A stretch of DNA of 64,000 bases from Octopus sinensis (GCF_006345805.1 NC_043007.1:11656001-11720000), one strand, 5' to 3'. Shown: positions 49,591 through 62,009, counted from the first letter of the stretch. Notes: generated from the sequence alone by a model not told the origin. A program made the numbers and translations.

Positions 49591-50340
49591 TAAAGAGGGT
49601 GGCAAACTCAAGGACCACTGCTCCAGAAACAGCCACACACTCTAGCTATTACCCATCTGCTCCATTCATTATCTCCTGTTTAACTTAACAACCTGTTGCT
49701 TCGACCTTTCTTCTCTGCAAGTATTTCAGCCCAGGTCTTTGGAAATTCCTCTTTCTTCTACCCACCACCAGTCTTGGAGGCCCTGACCAAGCCATAAACA
49801 AAATAAATAAATAAATGAATAAATAAATAAAGATGATAATTAAAAATGTGCTGGAGGATTCAGTTATTGCATCAATCAATTAACGAGAGTTGTCTTGTAA
49901 TTATGATATTGGTATTAACACGTTTACTATCACTTACCCTTCGTTACTTCTCCGCATCCAATTCTCTGAATATACAGCATTCTTCATATGCGTGTACATA
50001 TGTATGTGGATAAAATGTGTGAATGTATGTGTGTGTGTATGTCTATCTCTGTCTCTCTTGTTCCTCGTTTTAAAGAAAGGTCAAACAGCTAAAAGATGCT
50101 ATTCAATAAAATGGGTGCTTTTTTTTTCTCTTTTTTTCTTTTTTCTTTTTTTCCCCCTTTTATTGTTGTTGTTGTTATTGTTGTTCTGCCCCCCTCCCCC
50201 CATTCGTCTCTTTTTCTTTTAAAAGCGTTAGATGCTGCAAGTATAAATATAGATTAATTAGTCATTTCCGATAAGCATTGTTGTTGTGAGGTATTGTGCA
50301 TAATAGAATTTTAAAAAAAAACACTTCTCAACCGTAGGTA

Positions 50341-50790
50341 TATGTATGTATGTATATATATTATATATATATAATATATATATATTTTTATGTATATATA
50401 TATTTGTGTATAATATATATATATTTGTATGTATATATATATTTTGTGTAATATATATATATATATTTGTGTATATATATATATATTGTATGTATATATA
50501 TATTTGTGTATATATATATATATATTTGTTGTATATATATATATATATTTGTATGTATATATATATTTGTGTATATATATATATATATATATTTGTGTAT
50601 ATATATATATTTGTATGTATATATATATTTGTGTATATATATATATATATATATATTTGTGTATATATATATATTTGTATGTATATATATATTTGTGTAT
50701 ATATATATATATATATTATATATATTTGTGTATATATATATATTTGTATGTATATATATATATATGTATATGTATGTATGTATGTATGTA
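50341..50790. repeat. (TA)n with a recurring TTTGT(G/A)TA motif
   Basis: Directly visible. Confidence 0.97.
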
Positions 50791-51096
50791 TAAAGAGTTG
50801 ATAGCTGCTAAAAAAGGTTGGGGAAAGCTGCTAAAGAAAATTAAATAGACGAATTCAATTAATAGCATAGTGTAGTGTGTGTGACCGCAAGTGTGCATAT
50901 GCTTGTATGTGCACACGTGTGCATTTATGTGCATATGTACATGTGCATGCGTGCGTATATGCATGCGTGTGTGTGTGTATGTGTTTTAGATTTCTTTACT
51001 TTTTTTTTTTGTCTACCAAAGAGATTCTTTTGTTGTATGTAAATAGAAAGACTTCTAATAGAATATTTATTATTGAATACTCAGTATCGGAGTAGT

Positions 51097-51164
51097 GGGG
51101 TGGGGGTGGGGGTGGGGAAGGGGGGGGAGGGCAAACGGAGCGGCAGGTGGGGGTGGGGGTGGGG
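51097..51164 (+). other. G-quadruplex-compatible tract
   Basis: Eight runs of four or more G, mostly with 1-2 nt loops. Confidence 0.6.
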
Positions 51165-51193
51165 AAAGAAAAGAAGGAAAGTAATAAAAAAAA

Positions 51194-51228
<35 letters not shown>

Positions 51229-51484
51229 CGAAACAAAAAACAAATCAAATAAAAAGAAAATGGTCCTCTTAACATCTAGAATAGAAGGAAACGATAGATG
51301 CTAGTTTTATTTTGTTAACAGCATGTAATACAACAGTGAAACCAGAAAAATTAATGAAGGTTTATTCAATTTGTCTCCATTGTGGTCATATCATTATAGA
51401 AACAGCAAGTCATGTTATGGATTCAGGAAAAGCCACCACCATAGAAAACTTGTGATTTACGAATACTAGAAAACCTGTAGCAAG

Positions 51485-51715
51485 GTGGTAGTGGTGGTAG
51501 TAGTAGTGATGGTGGTGGTTGTGGTGGTGGTGGTTGTAGTAGTAGTGGTAGCAGTGGCGGTGATTGTTGTAGTTGTAGTAGTGGTAGTGATAGTGGTGGT
51601 GGTGGTGGTAGTAGTAGTAGTGATGGTGGTGGTTCTAGTAGTAGTGGTAGCAGTGGTGGTGATGATAGTAATAATAACAGTAGTAGTGGTGGTGGTGGTG
51701 GTAGTAATAGTGATA

Positions 51716-51747
<32 letters not shown>

Positions 51748-51893
51748 GGTGCTGGTGATAGTAATAGCGAGTGCTGGTGGTGATAGTAGTAGTAGTGGTG
51801 GTAGTAGTAGTAGTGGTGATAGTGCTGATGGTGGTGGTGGTGGTGGTAGTAGTAGTAGTAGTAGTGGTGGTAGTGATAGTGCTCGTGGTGGTG

Positions 51894-51949
<56 letters not shown>

Positions 51950-51952
51950 TGT
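51485..51952. repeat. (GTG)/(GTA) compound trinucleotide repeat
   Basis: Directly visible. Confidence 0.97.
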
Positions 51953-52624
51953 AGTAAAGAACAAAAAAAAAATAGATAAAACCTAAGTAAATCACAATGG
52001 TAAGACAAAAGGTAAGAAGAATAATTTTGCTCGTTTATTTACTCTTCATCTGCGAGGAGTATCATCATCAATACAGACACACACTGTTCCATTGTGTCTA
52101 CAATATGGTTTCCTTCATGTTATTTCCGCAGCAGTAGCTATATTTATTTTCAATTTTGTCTACTTTGTTTGTTTTCCTTCTTTATTTTTGCCATCATCGA
52201 AAAATTCTTTTAATGAGCTTTTGCACAAAACTCCTTGATAAATCAGTCAATTTTCGCTTAATTAAAATTTCATAATGCCATATAAACTGCCTGACATTGG
52301 AAGCAAATGATACACTGCTTGCTTCTTCATAGAGAGCATTGTATTTTATAATGTAATGAATTATCGAATTTCTCTCTCTCTCTTTCACTCAGTCTTTCTG
52401 TTTTTCCACCAACATCGCCACCACCCCTTTCTCTAAGGCTAGGATTTCATCTGGTTTCAGTTGCTTTTGTTTTTGAGGTTTGTTTTTATGTTTTTCAACA
52501 TATAGAAGTACCCAAGTTACATAGATCACACTTTAGCAACTTTATAGTTATCTGTAAATATATGGAAATTGATTTCAATAAAAGAGGCTATTGAATAAAA
52601 GACGCCTTTGTTATTATCATTATC

Positions 52625-53340
52625 ATCGTCATCATCAGCATCGTTTAATATCAGCTTTTCTATTGTTTGCATGGGTCGGACGGAATTTTATCAGGCAGAT
52701 TTTTGTATACTGTAAATCTTCAAGTATAATCCGCACTTTTTTCCCAAAATTTAAATGACAAAATCCCTAGTGCGTACTATATACAAGGTTAAAAATGAAA
52801 AATAATTCTCTAAGCAATGTCTGAGACTCTATTTGCTGTCCGGCAATGTTTATTCAGATGCATTTTGTGATGTCGGGCACGAAAATACCTTAAGCTAAGC
52901 CTGAAAGTCATAAAGGAATCATTCATAATTTGCAGTAAGCAACATTTATTAAAATAAAAGCATTCAGAACGCAGAATAACATGTAACAAAAACAATTTGC
53001 AAAAATATTTACATTCCCATATAACAGTTAAGAACATCACCATTATTGTATTACGCATGCACGGAAGTGTTTGTTCAACTAGGTGCTGCTGGCTTAATCA
53101 CACACGATTCAAGATAGAGAAGTGGTGTGTATTATACACAAGGCTTAGGTTTTTCAGAGGTACAACCACCTAAAAATCCCCTGCGTATTATACTCAAGGG
53201 CGGATTATACTCGAGGATTTACGGTAGCTGGATGTACTTCCTGTTGCTGACTCTCACTCGTTTCCAAGCAAGGTCAGATTTTTCTCCCATGGCCTGACTC
53301 ATTCCCCATGAAAGATAAGAAATGAACAGTATTGCTTACA
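52625..53340 (-). mobile_element. Family I element split by the Tc2-like MITE
   Basis: GCAGATTTTTGTA|TA..MITE..TA|GCTGGATG rejoins the family I consensus. Confidence 0.75.
52710..53224. mobile_element. Tc2/pogo-like MITE, 515 bp
   Basis: TA|CTGTAAATCTTCAAGTATAATCCGC...GCGGATTATACTCGAGGATTTACGG|TA; 25-bp TIR with TA TSD; CCGTA-type terminus as in Tc2. Confidence 0.88.
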
Positions 53341-53516
53341 TGTCAGTAATGTTTTGGGTATACACACACACACAATGCATGTGTGTGTGTGTTTGCGTGT
53401 GTACCCATGTCTTGATATCATATAATGGTTATAAGCGAACATCACCGTCATGTAAGCGCTGTTGTTTATATTCAATTTTCTGTCAAAACATGTCTTGGGG
53501 AAATATTACTTCGCTT

Positions 53517-53737
53517 CAAGATGGCAAGCTGGCAGAATCATTAGCATGTCAGATAAAATGCTTAGTGGCATTTCCTTCATCTTTGTGTTCTGAGTTCAAA
53601 TTCCACTGAAGGTTGACTTCGTTTTTTTCATCCTTTTTTTAGGGTCATTAAAATAAGTACCAGTTGAACATTGGGATCAATGTAATCAACTAGCTTCCTT
53701 CCTCAAAATTGCTGGCCTGGTGCCAAAACTTGAAACC
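53517..53737 (+). mobile_element. SINE family A' inserted in a family I copy
   Basis: I-type sequence on both sides (53390-53516 and 53745-53808). Confidence 0.8.
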
Positions 53738-53814
53738 AGCATTACCATGTTTGGAAAGAAGTGAGGGTAAGCAACAGGAAGAGCATCTGGCTGTAGAAAA
53801 TCTGCCTGGAAAAA

Positions 53815-53924
53815 AGGATGAAAGGCAAAGTCGACCTCAGCGGAATTTGAACTTAGAACGTAGCGGCAGACGAAATATCGCTAAGCATTTCACCCGGGGT
53901 GCTAACGTTTCTGCCAACTCGCCT
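53815..53924 (-). mobile_element. SINE family A head fragment
   Basis: Reverse complement of the A head and B-box. Confidence 0.85.
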
Positions 53925-55220
53925 CTCTCTCTTTCTCTTCGGTTTTCAATGAAATTTGGAATAGATAGTTTAGCAGTGGTGCTATACCTTATATTTCTCT
54001 AATTTCAAATTGTACTTACTTCAAAACATACCTGTAACTTTACTCCTTACTACAGGAGTCGTGTTTATTCGATACGTTCTTCACCTACCCCTCCCACCTT
54101 AAAAAAAAGCAACGACCATAATAGATATATTGGAGAAAATATTTTACTCCCTCTCTTTCTCTCTCTCTCTCTCTGTCTCTCTCCTCTCATTATTTTTCAT
54201 ACTAATTGAAAGGCGAGTTAAGGGATACCCCCACCATCACCACCATCACTAGCTTATGTTGCTCCGTAGATTCAAATCCCATCAGTTGATGGGTTTTTTT
54301 TTCTCTCTGATCAAATATATATATAATATCCATCTAGTAATAATCTGTAGACAAATTTCTCCTATTTTCATCTGTTATTTCTTTTGATCACATTGTGTTG
54401 AATAGAAGTTTCTAAAATGATTAGCTTTTAAATACTTCTTGCTGTTCAATTTTTCATTGTTTGATAAAATTCCAACCATTTTCCACACTATTGATTCTTG
54501 TAAATGCCTTTTTTTCTGTATATATTTATTTCCTTTTTCTTTTTGGCTTTTTTTTTCTCCTCTTCCATAAATCATATTTGTTGTTGTATAACAGCTTATT
54601 AATATAAAAGAAATGGGTGTTTTATTTTTTTGTGTGTGTGTGTGTGTTTTCTTTTGTTTTTGTTTTTGTTGTTTTCTTTTCCTTCTTCCATCGAGAAATC
54701 ACTTTTTCGCTTCTGTAATTGCCGAAATATTTATTTATGTATTCGTTCATTTGTTAGGGAAAAAGAGAGAGAAAGCAAGTGAAAGACCCGGCTATTTTAT
54801 AGCAGGTGCTCGCGACCTCTGGTTCACATACAACATGTTACTAAGTCAGATTTTTGCCCATAAAAATATATATAAAGGCAATATTAACATCATTAAATTA
54901 TTTTTGTTGTTGCTGGCATTCATACCTTGTTTAGAAAATATATTGCTTGAATTGCTCACAAGGTTTGGAATTAATTCTCTGCTGTATCCTTTTCCAAAGA
55001 CATATAAGCTGCATGGTTAAGAGGTTTTCTATGCAAACATTAACTTCCTGGTTCAATACTTCTACACAGCACCTTGTGCAAGTGCTTTTTTACATAGTTC
55101 TGATTCCACTGTACTCTTGTGTATGGATTTGGTTAATGGAAACTAAAAGGAAGCCTGTCATATATGTATGTATGTATGGAAATACAAACAGGAAAACTGA
55201 ACTCACAACATGTGTATAAA

Positions 55221-55375
55221 TTCTTTTATTCCTTTATTTGTTTCAGTCATTTGACTGTGGCCATGCTGGAGCACCGCCTTTAGTTGAACAAATCGACCCC
55301 AGGACTTATTGTTTGTAAGCCTAGTATTTATCCTATCCGTCTCTTTTGCTGAATCGCTAAGTTACAGAGACGTAA
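55221..55375 (-). mobile_element. SINE family B, 3' part
   Basis: TTTCAGTCATTTGACTGTGGCCATGCTGGAGCACCGCC. Confidence 0.85.
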
Positions 55376-55420
55376 CTCTCATATAACGTCTCATATCTCG
55401 AGGGTTGGTTTAAATGATGG

Positions 55421-55600
55421 TTTCAAATTTTGGCACAGGGCCAGCAATTTCAAAAGAGGTGGTGGGTAGTCAATTACATGGACTCCCCAGTGATACTTCT
55501 TTTATCAAACCCGAAAGGTTAAAAGGCAAAATCAACCTGAGTGGAATTTGAACTGAGAATGTTCAAAGATGGATCAAATGTCATTAAACAATCCTACCTG
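55421..55600 (-). mobile_element. SINE family A', decayed
   Basis: TTTCAAATTTTGGCACA tail and GGAATTTGAACT. Confidence 0.7.
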
Positions 55601-56175
55601 CTCGCTGTCTTAGAGCTGGTTTAAATATTGATGGTCTAACCCTATTAGATATAAGGCTGGGAACAGTAATGTCATCAATTCTTAGCGCAAGAGTTTTCGT
55701 GTTTCTTAAGTCACTCTGGTGGTTGTAAGATGGTAAGAAATTCTCAAAAAGAGCTGAACAGCAGAAGGTCTTCAGGGAAGAAATCTCTCACTCAGGCAAG
55801 TATTTCAGCCCTTAACTTCTTACATTCTAAGGGGAATGAACTACATCCAAGTCGTGATTCCTGGGTGCCCTTCGACTGATACTTTTAGCCATTTGGATGC
55901 CAGAGGCCTGTGCATTTAAACTGCTTGGAGGGTTCATCTAGTTGTAACTCCTCTTTTTTGATTCAGCTTTCAAACTTATTAATTACTTCAGTTCAATTAC
56001 TTCTTCATACTGTTGTTCGTACTTTTCAACAATATCTCAGTTTCCTTTCATCATGGTTCATATTTTAAAAATCTTTTATTCTGGATATGAGACATTTTGG
56101 CTCTGCTGTTTTGGCACTGCCTGTCTGGCATTTCTGATTCAACACTGACTTATTTGGCATCTGGCATTTTCTCTC

Positions 56176-56253
<78 letters not shown>

Positions 56254-56330
56254 CCTCTCTTTATGTATGAGGAGAAGGTAAAGCATTTATGCCAGTTATG
56301 TTCAATTAATTAAATTGTAATCTCTCTCTA

Positions 56331-56733
56331 TAGGCATAGGAGTGGCTGTGTGGTAAGTAGCTTGCTTACGAACCACATGGTTTGGGGTTCAGTCCCACTG
56401 TGTGGCACCTTGGGCAAGTGTCTTCTACTATAGCCTCGGGCCAACCAAAGCCTTATGAATGGATTTGGTAGACAGAAACTGAAAGAAGCCTGTCGTATAT
56501 ATGTGTAGATATATATATATGTATGTGTGTCTGTGTTTGCCCCCCTCCCCCACATCGCTTGACAACCAATACTGGTGTGTTTATGTACCCGTAACTTAGT
56601 GGTTCAGCAAAAGAGACCAATAGAATAAATAGTAGACTTACAAAGAATAAGTCCTGGGGTCAATTTGCTCGACTAAAAGCGGTGCTCCAGCATGGCCACA
56701 GTTAAATGACTGAAACAACTAAAAGAGAGAGTA
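56331..56733 (+). mobile_element. SINE family B, full length
   Basis: Complete consensus match. Confidence 0.92.
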
Positions 56734-57614
56734 AAGTGTATCTCTCTCTCTAAATATATGTGTGTGTATGTGCATGTGTGTGTGTATTTTTGTGCATACG
56801 TGTATGTGTATTTTTGTGCATACGTGTATGTATGTTTGCTTCCAGTGTTATAAAGCAGTCACCAAAACAGTCCAAATGTGTAATTAGCCATGCCAGACCA
56901 TTTGTATCCAAACAGCTGTGCCATATCGTCTCATTCTGTTTCATTCTATTACTGCTTTCAGTCATTGGGCTGTGGCCATGCTGGGGCCTTCAAGCCAGTA
57001 AATTGCTTCCATTGGCCTCAGTACTTATTTTAGTGATGGTTATTTTCAATATCATGGTTATTTTCAAATTAAAAGGAAACAAAAAAAAAAGGAAAAACAA
57101 AAAAGAAGCTATAAAGCTAAGAACTTTCATACTGAAATATTGTAATAAAGAATTGTTCATTTCTGTGTAGAATGTCTTAGATATATATTTTTCTTTTACT
57201 TTCACAAATTTCCTACGCAACATTATAGCTCCATTTTCTATAAAGCATTTTGAGTATTAACTTCCATGGTAGCAGCCATAAGTTCTTTGAAAATGTTCAA
57301 AATGAAAGATGGGGAAAAAAAAAAAATCTTACAAGAATTTACTCTTTTGTAATATATATATTGTGTACTACATAGCATTTTTTGGATAATTTAGAGTGTT
57401 TGGCATAGCTTTTTTAAATAAACATACATTTTTATCCTTACTGTAAAAAGTAAATGTTGCACACTACACTATGAATGATTTTATTAATTCACATTGTCAG
57501 AGCATGTGCAATTATGTAAATTAGACAGACTAGTTTGGCTGAGTTTGAGTCCTCTTTACACTATACATACCAGTAAGCTATTACTCACTCAGTGGATGGA
57601 AAATTGATACTCTT

Positions 57615-57653
57615 TCTCTGATGAAGGTATAGCAAGACTAGAAACTGGTCAGA
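57615..57653 (+). ncRNA. Candidate degenerate minimal hammerhead ribozyme
   Basis: TCT-CTGATGA-A-GGT(N8)ACT-A-GAAAC-TG-GTC-AGA; 3-bp stem I, A.A mismatch at the base of stem II. Confidence 0.4.
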
Positions 57654-57709
57654 TTCATCCCATATTTTCTTCTGCCCATGCACACAATATAAGATTCACC
57701 GCCCCGTTT

Positions 57710-57990
57710 CATGTCCGTTGCCAGGCTCGCCTGGCCCTCGTGCCGGTGGCACATAAAAAGCACCATCCGTTCGTGGCCGTTTGCCAGCTCTGTCTGGCAC
57801 CAGTGCGGGTGGCACGTAAAAAGCACCCACTACACTCACGGAGTGGTTGGCGTTAGGAAGGGCATCCAGCCGTAGAAACACTGCCAGATTTGACTGGGCC
57901 TGATGAAGCCTTCTGGCTTCACAGACCCCAGTAGAACCGTCCAACCCATGCTAGCATGGAAAACGGACGCTAAACGATGATGATGATGAT
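57710..57990 (+). mobile_element. Family E retroposon
   Basis: Two internal units, tail and (GAT)n. Confidence 0.9.
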
Positions 57991-58013
57991 ATATATATAT
58001 ATATATATATATA

Positions 58014-58391
58014 TAGGCGCAGGAGTTGCTGTGTGGTAAGTAGCTTGCTTCCCAACAATATGGTTCTAGGTTCAGTCCCACTGCTTGGCACCTTTGGCAA
58101 GTGTCTTCTACAATAGCCTTGGGCCGACCAAAGTCTTGTGAGTGGATTTGGAAGACAGAAACTGAAAGAAGCTCATCATATATATATATATATGTGGTGT
58201 GTGTGTGTGTGTGTGTGCGCGTATGTGTATGTATGTATGCATTTGTGTGTCTGTGTTTGACCCACTGTTGCTTGACAACCGATGTTGGTATGTTTACATC
58301 CCCATAACTTACCAGTTTGGCAGAAGAGACCAAGGAAAGAATGAGTACTAGGCTTACAAAGAATAAGTCCTGGGGTCACTTTGTTTGACTA
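58014..58391 (+). mobile_element. SINE family B, 3' end missing
   Basis: Head through GAATAAGTCCTGGGGTC. Confidence 0.88.
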
Positions 58392-58560
58392 ATGTATGCA
58401 ATGTAAAACTGGAAGCTTGAGTGTTCCATCCCAGAAAATTGCAACCTGTTACTAACTGCAAACCAATGAGGGAGCCTAACTATCACTAATACATATAAGT
58501 AAACCATCATGAAAATGATGTATGCTATGTATACATATATATTATGTTTATATGATCAAG

Positions 58561-58727
58561 TAGGCGCAGGAGTGGCTGTGTGGTAAGTAGCTTACTTACC
58601 AACCACATGGTTCCGGGTTCAGTCCCACTGCGTGACACCTTGGGCAAGTGTCTTCTGCTACAGCCTCAGGCCGACCAATGCCTTGTGAGTGGATTTGGTA
58701 GACGGAAACTGAAAGAAGCCTGTCGTA

Positions 58728-58778
<51 letters not shown>

Positions 58779-59016
58779 ATGTGTTTGTGTGTCTGTGTTT
58801 GTCCCCCTAGCATTGCTTGACAACCGATGCTGGTGTGTTTATGTCCCCGTCACTTAGCGGTTCGGCAAAAGAGACCGATAGAATAAGTACTAGGTTTACA
58901 AAGAATAAGTCCCGGGGTGAAGTTGCTCGATTAAAGGCAGTCCCGGGGTCGATTTGCTCGACTAAAGGCTGTGCTCCAGCATGGCCACAGTTAAATGACT
59001 GAAACAAGTAAAAGAG
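58561..59016 (+). mobile_element. SINE family B, full length, with an internal ~30-bp duplication
   Basis: AGTCCCGGGGT..GCTCGA(T/C)TAAAGGC occurs twice. Confidence 0.92.
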
Positions 59017-59476
59017 AAAAAAAAAATAAGAGAGAAAAAGTATATATAGAAATGTGTATATGCATTTATGTAGTGTATTTATGCATAAATGAATACAGAA
59101 ATATATATATAGAAGTGCAAATTTACACAAAAATACTGTGGTTATAGATGGATTATATACGTTCTGAGATATGGATGAATGTATGTATGTGTACAAGCAT
59201 GTATGTATATGGGGTCATAGATGGTTGTATGTATACTGCTTTTTACAGAAAGTAGGAGCCCTTGGATTAATGTATGTGCAGATTTAAAGGCGAGATATGA
59301 ATGAGTTCATAGCTTACTGTTACAGACTTTAGAGATCTCTGTGTATTGTGTGTGTGTATGTGTGTAGTAGTGTATTAGTGCTGAACATCATAGTTGTTTA
59401 AACTTATTCAATTATAATAGATAAGAATATTATAAAGAGAAAAATCTTTCATAAAACGATTATGATGAACGGTGTG

Positions 59477-59519
<43 letters not shown>

Positions 59520-59592
59520 TATATATATATATATATATATGATGAATGTCATAATGTGCATGTGGAGAGTGTTTATATTGTATATATAGAAA

Positions 59593-59630
<38 letters not shown>

Positions 59631-59829
59631 CTTTTACTCTTTTACTTGTTTCAGTCATTTGACTGTGGCCATGCTGGAGCACCGCCTTTAGTCGATCAAA
59701 TCAATCCCAGGACTTATTCTTTGTAAGCCTAGTACTTATTCTATCGGAGTCTTTTGCCGAACCGCTAAGTTCTGGGAATGTAAACACACCAGCATCGGTT
59801 GTCAAGCAATGTTGGGGTGACAAACACAG

Positions 59830-59866
<37 letters not shown>

Positions 59867-60039
59867 CATATATACACCAGGCTTCTTTCAGTTTCCGTGT
59901 ACCAAATCCACTCACAAGGCTTTGGTCAGCCTGAGGCTATAGTAGAAGACACTTGCCCAAGGTGCCATGCAGTGGGACTGAACCCGGAAACATGTGGCTT
60001 GTAAGCAAGCTATTTACCACACAGCTACTCCTGCACCTA
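59631..60039 (-). mobile_element. SINE family B, full length
   Basis: Complete reverse complement. Confidence 0.92.
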
Positions 60040-60312
60040 TTATATGTATAACTGTTAAATATATTTGAAGTACATGTGTGTTAAGATTAATTTCTGATCC
60101 TCGTTGTTGAAATATATTCAATTATAGCAGATAAGAATATTATGAACTGGAAATCCTATTAAATAAAATGATTAAAATATATCGAACACACATGAAAGAT
60201 TGTGGTATAAGCAAATGACTTATTTTCTCTTCTTATTAATTCAGTTCTTGGAGCTTTGTAAAGTCATGTAATGATTTGCTAGCTGTATTACTAATAAACC
60301 ATTCTAATTTTC

Positions 60313-60766
60313 TTATGTTGATTGTTGTCAAGATGATTTGTCATGGACGTTGTCCAAGAAAAGTGGAGGACGTTGGGGTTGCACCGTTTCCTGCAATCTA
60401 GATGTCAGCTATTGATTTGGCCTCTGTCCAGTGAACTCTTGTGGTCATCGTTTAAATTACTTTCACCCGATGGTGGTGGACTCTCCTGCGATAAACGACA
60501 GACATGGGTTTTGCAACTTCTTGCTGAACTGTCTGCACAAATGATTTGTCTGCAGTGATCAAATGTCTGTGTTGCACAGTAGCTTGCTCACTTCATCGAA
60601 TCAACATTGCCTGTGCAAGTGCACAGTGCACATGTCGGATTTTGAAGTGGTCGCAGAGCAGTGTGAGATGAAGTGTTTTGTTCAAGAACACAATGTGGCA
60701 CCCAGTCCAGGAATTGAAACCATGCTCTTGTGAGCATTAGCGCAACATGCTAATCACTAGGCCACT
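60313..60766 (-). mobile_element. SINE family D head and core with a long unique tail (T6)
   Basis: AGTGGCCTAGTG head, GGTTTCAATTCC B-box, TTGTGTTCTTGAACAAAACAC core, then ~340 bp unique. Confidence 0.7.
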
Positions 60767-60785
60767 CATCTTTGCTTTCTATATA

Positions 60786-61456
60786 CCATAAATCCTTGAG
60801 TATAATCCGTATTTTTTCCCCAAAATTTAAAGATTAAAATCTCTGGTGCGTACTATATACGAGATTAAAAATGAAAAATATATTCTAAGCAATGTCCGAG
60901 TCTGTATTTGCTGTCCGGCAATGTTTATTCAGACGCATTTTGTGATGTTGGGCGCGAAAATACCTTAAGCTAAGCCAGAAAGCAATGAAGTCATAAATGG
61001 CAAGTAATGGCAACATTTACTAAACGTTATTACTGTTATTACTCGTGACGTATATTTGCCATTTAAATATGGCTAGCCCCTAAGGGTGGATGCTACAAAC
61101 TACAGTAGCATCCACCCTTAGGGGTTAGCCATATTTAAATGGCAAATATACATCACGATGTGTTGCAGCTACTGTTTATAACTCGCTCTAAGATTTATTA
61201 TTACTGTTATTTCTTTATTTTCTGCAAACAAAATGCACAAAAAAGCTACACGTTTGCATTATGTTATATAAACAATAATAATAAAGGATGTTACCGTATA
61301 CAGTTTTACAAACCAAGGATGTTATATCGACCTCCTTGACTCAAGTTAGAGAAGGGGTGCGTATTATACACAAGGTTTAGGTTTTTCAGAGGTACAGCTC
61401 CCTAAAAATCCCCTGCGTATTATACTCAAGGGCGGACTATACTCGAGGATTTACAG
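60786..61456. mobile_element. Tc2/pogo-like MITE, 671 bp
   Basis: TA|CCATAAATCCTTGAGTATAATCCG...CGGACTATACTCGAGGATTTACAG|TA; ends shared with 52710-53224. Confidence 0.88.
61043..61158. repeat. Near-perfect hairpin inside the MITE
   Basis: 54-bp arms, 2 mismatches, 8-nt loop. Confidence 0.95.
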
Positions 61457-61458
61457 TA

Positions 61459-61774
61459 TGTATGGTTTGCTGGATGTGCAATGTCAGTGTGCTTGTACAA
61501 CAGAGTGTAAGTGTTTTGAGAGAAAAACTGGGCATGAGAGGCATCAGATGTGGTGTGCAAGAGAGCCGACTGTATTGGTATGGTCATACAATGCATATAG
61601 ATAGGGACAGCTTTGTAAAGAAGTGCTGATCTCTAATTGTGGAGGGGACCTGTGGAAGAAGTAGACCCAGGAAGATATGGATGAGGTGGTGAAAGATGAT
61701 CTTCGAATTTTGGGCCTCATGCAGACAATGCCAAGTGACAGACATTCGGTGATATGCCCTGCTTGAGAAAACCC
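61459..61774 (+). mobile_element. RTE-clade LINE ORF C-terminal fragment, disabled
   Basis: WMCNVSV..LREKLGMRGIRCGVQESRLYWYGH..VKKC*SLIVEGTCGRSRPRKIW (RLRWxGH..GRGRPRKTW pattern). Confidence 0.88.
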
Positions 61775-61789
61775 GTATATATATATATA

Positions 61790-61995
61790 TATGAATGTAT
61801 TTGTGTGTCTGTGTTTGTTCCTACATTGTCATTTGTTATTGATGTTGGTGTGTTTATGACCCTGCAGTTTGGCAAAAGAGACTGTTAGTATAAGTACTAG
61901 ACTTACAAAGAATAAGTCCTGGGATTGATTTGTTCGACTAAAGGCAGTGCTCCAGCATGGCCGCAGTCAAAGGACTGAAACAAGTAAAAGAATAA
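61790..61995 (+). mobile_element. SINE family B, 3' half
   Basis: Ends CAAGTAAAAGAATAAA. Confidence 0.85.
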
Positions 61996-62009
61996 ATATT
62001 TTATGTTGT

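Noticed and set aside
51423-52008. Mucin-like poly-Thr, poly-His and poly-Val ORFs (also 37517-38077 and 32323-32696)
   Set aside because: Trinucleotide repeats with no splice signals or non-repetitive coding flanks.
57900-57925. CTGATGA followed by an AGCC/GGCT stem (hammerhead-like)
   Set aside because: No GAAA or NUH follows; it is a mutated form of family E CTGGTGCAGCC.
59405-60144. 30-bp imperfect direct repeat (59405-59434 and 60115-60144)
   Set aside because: AT-rich, mismatched and not adjacent to the ends of the enclosed SINE, so not a credible TSD.
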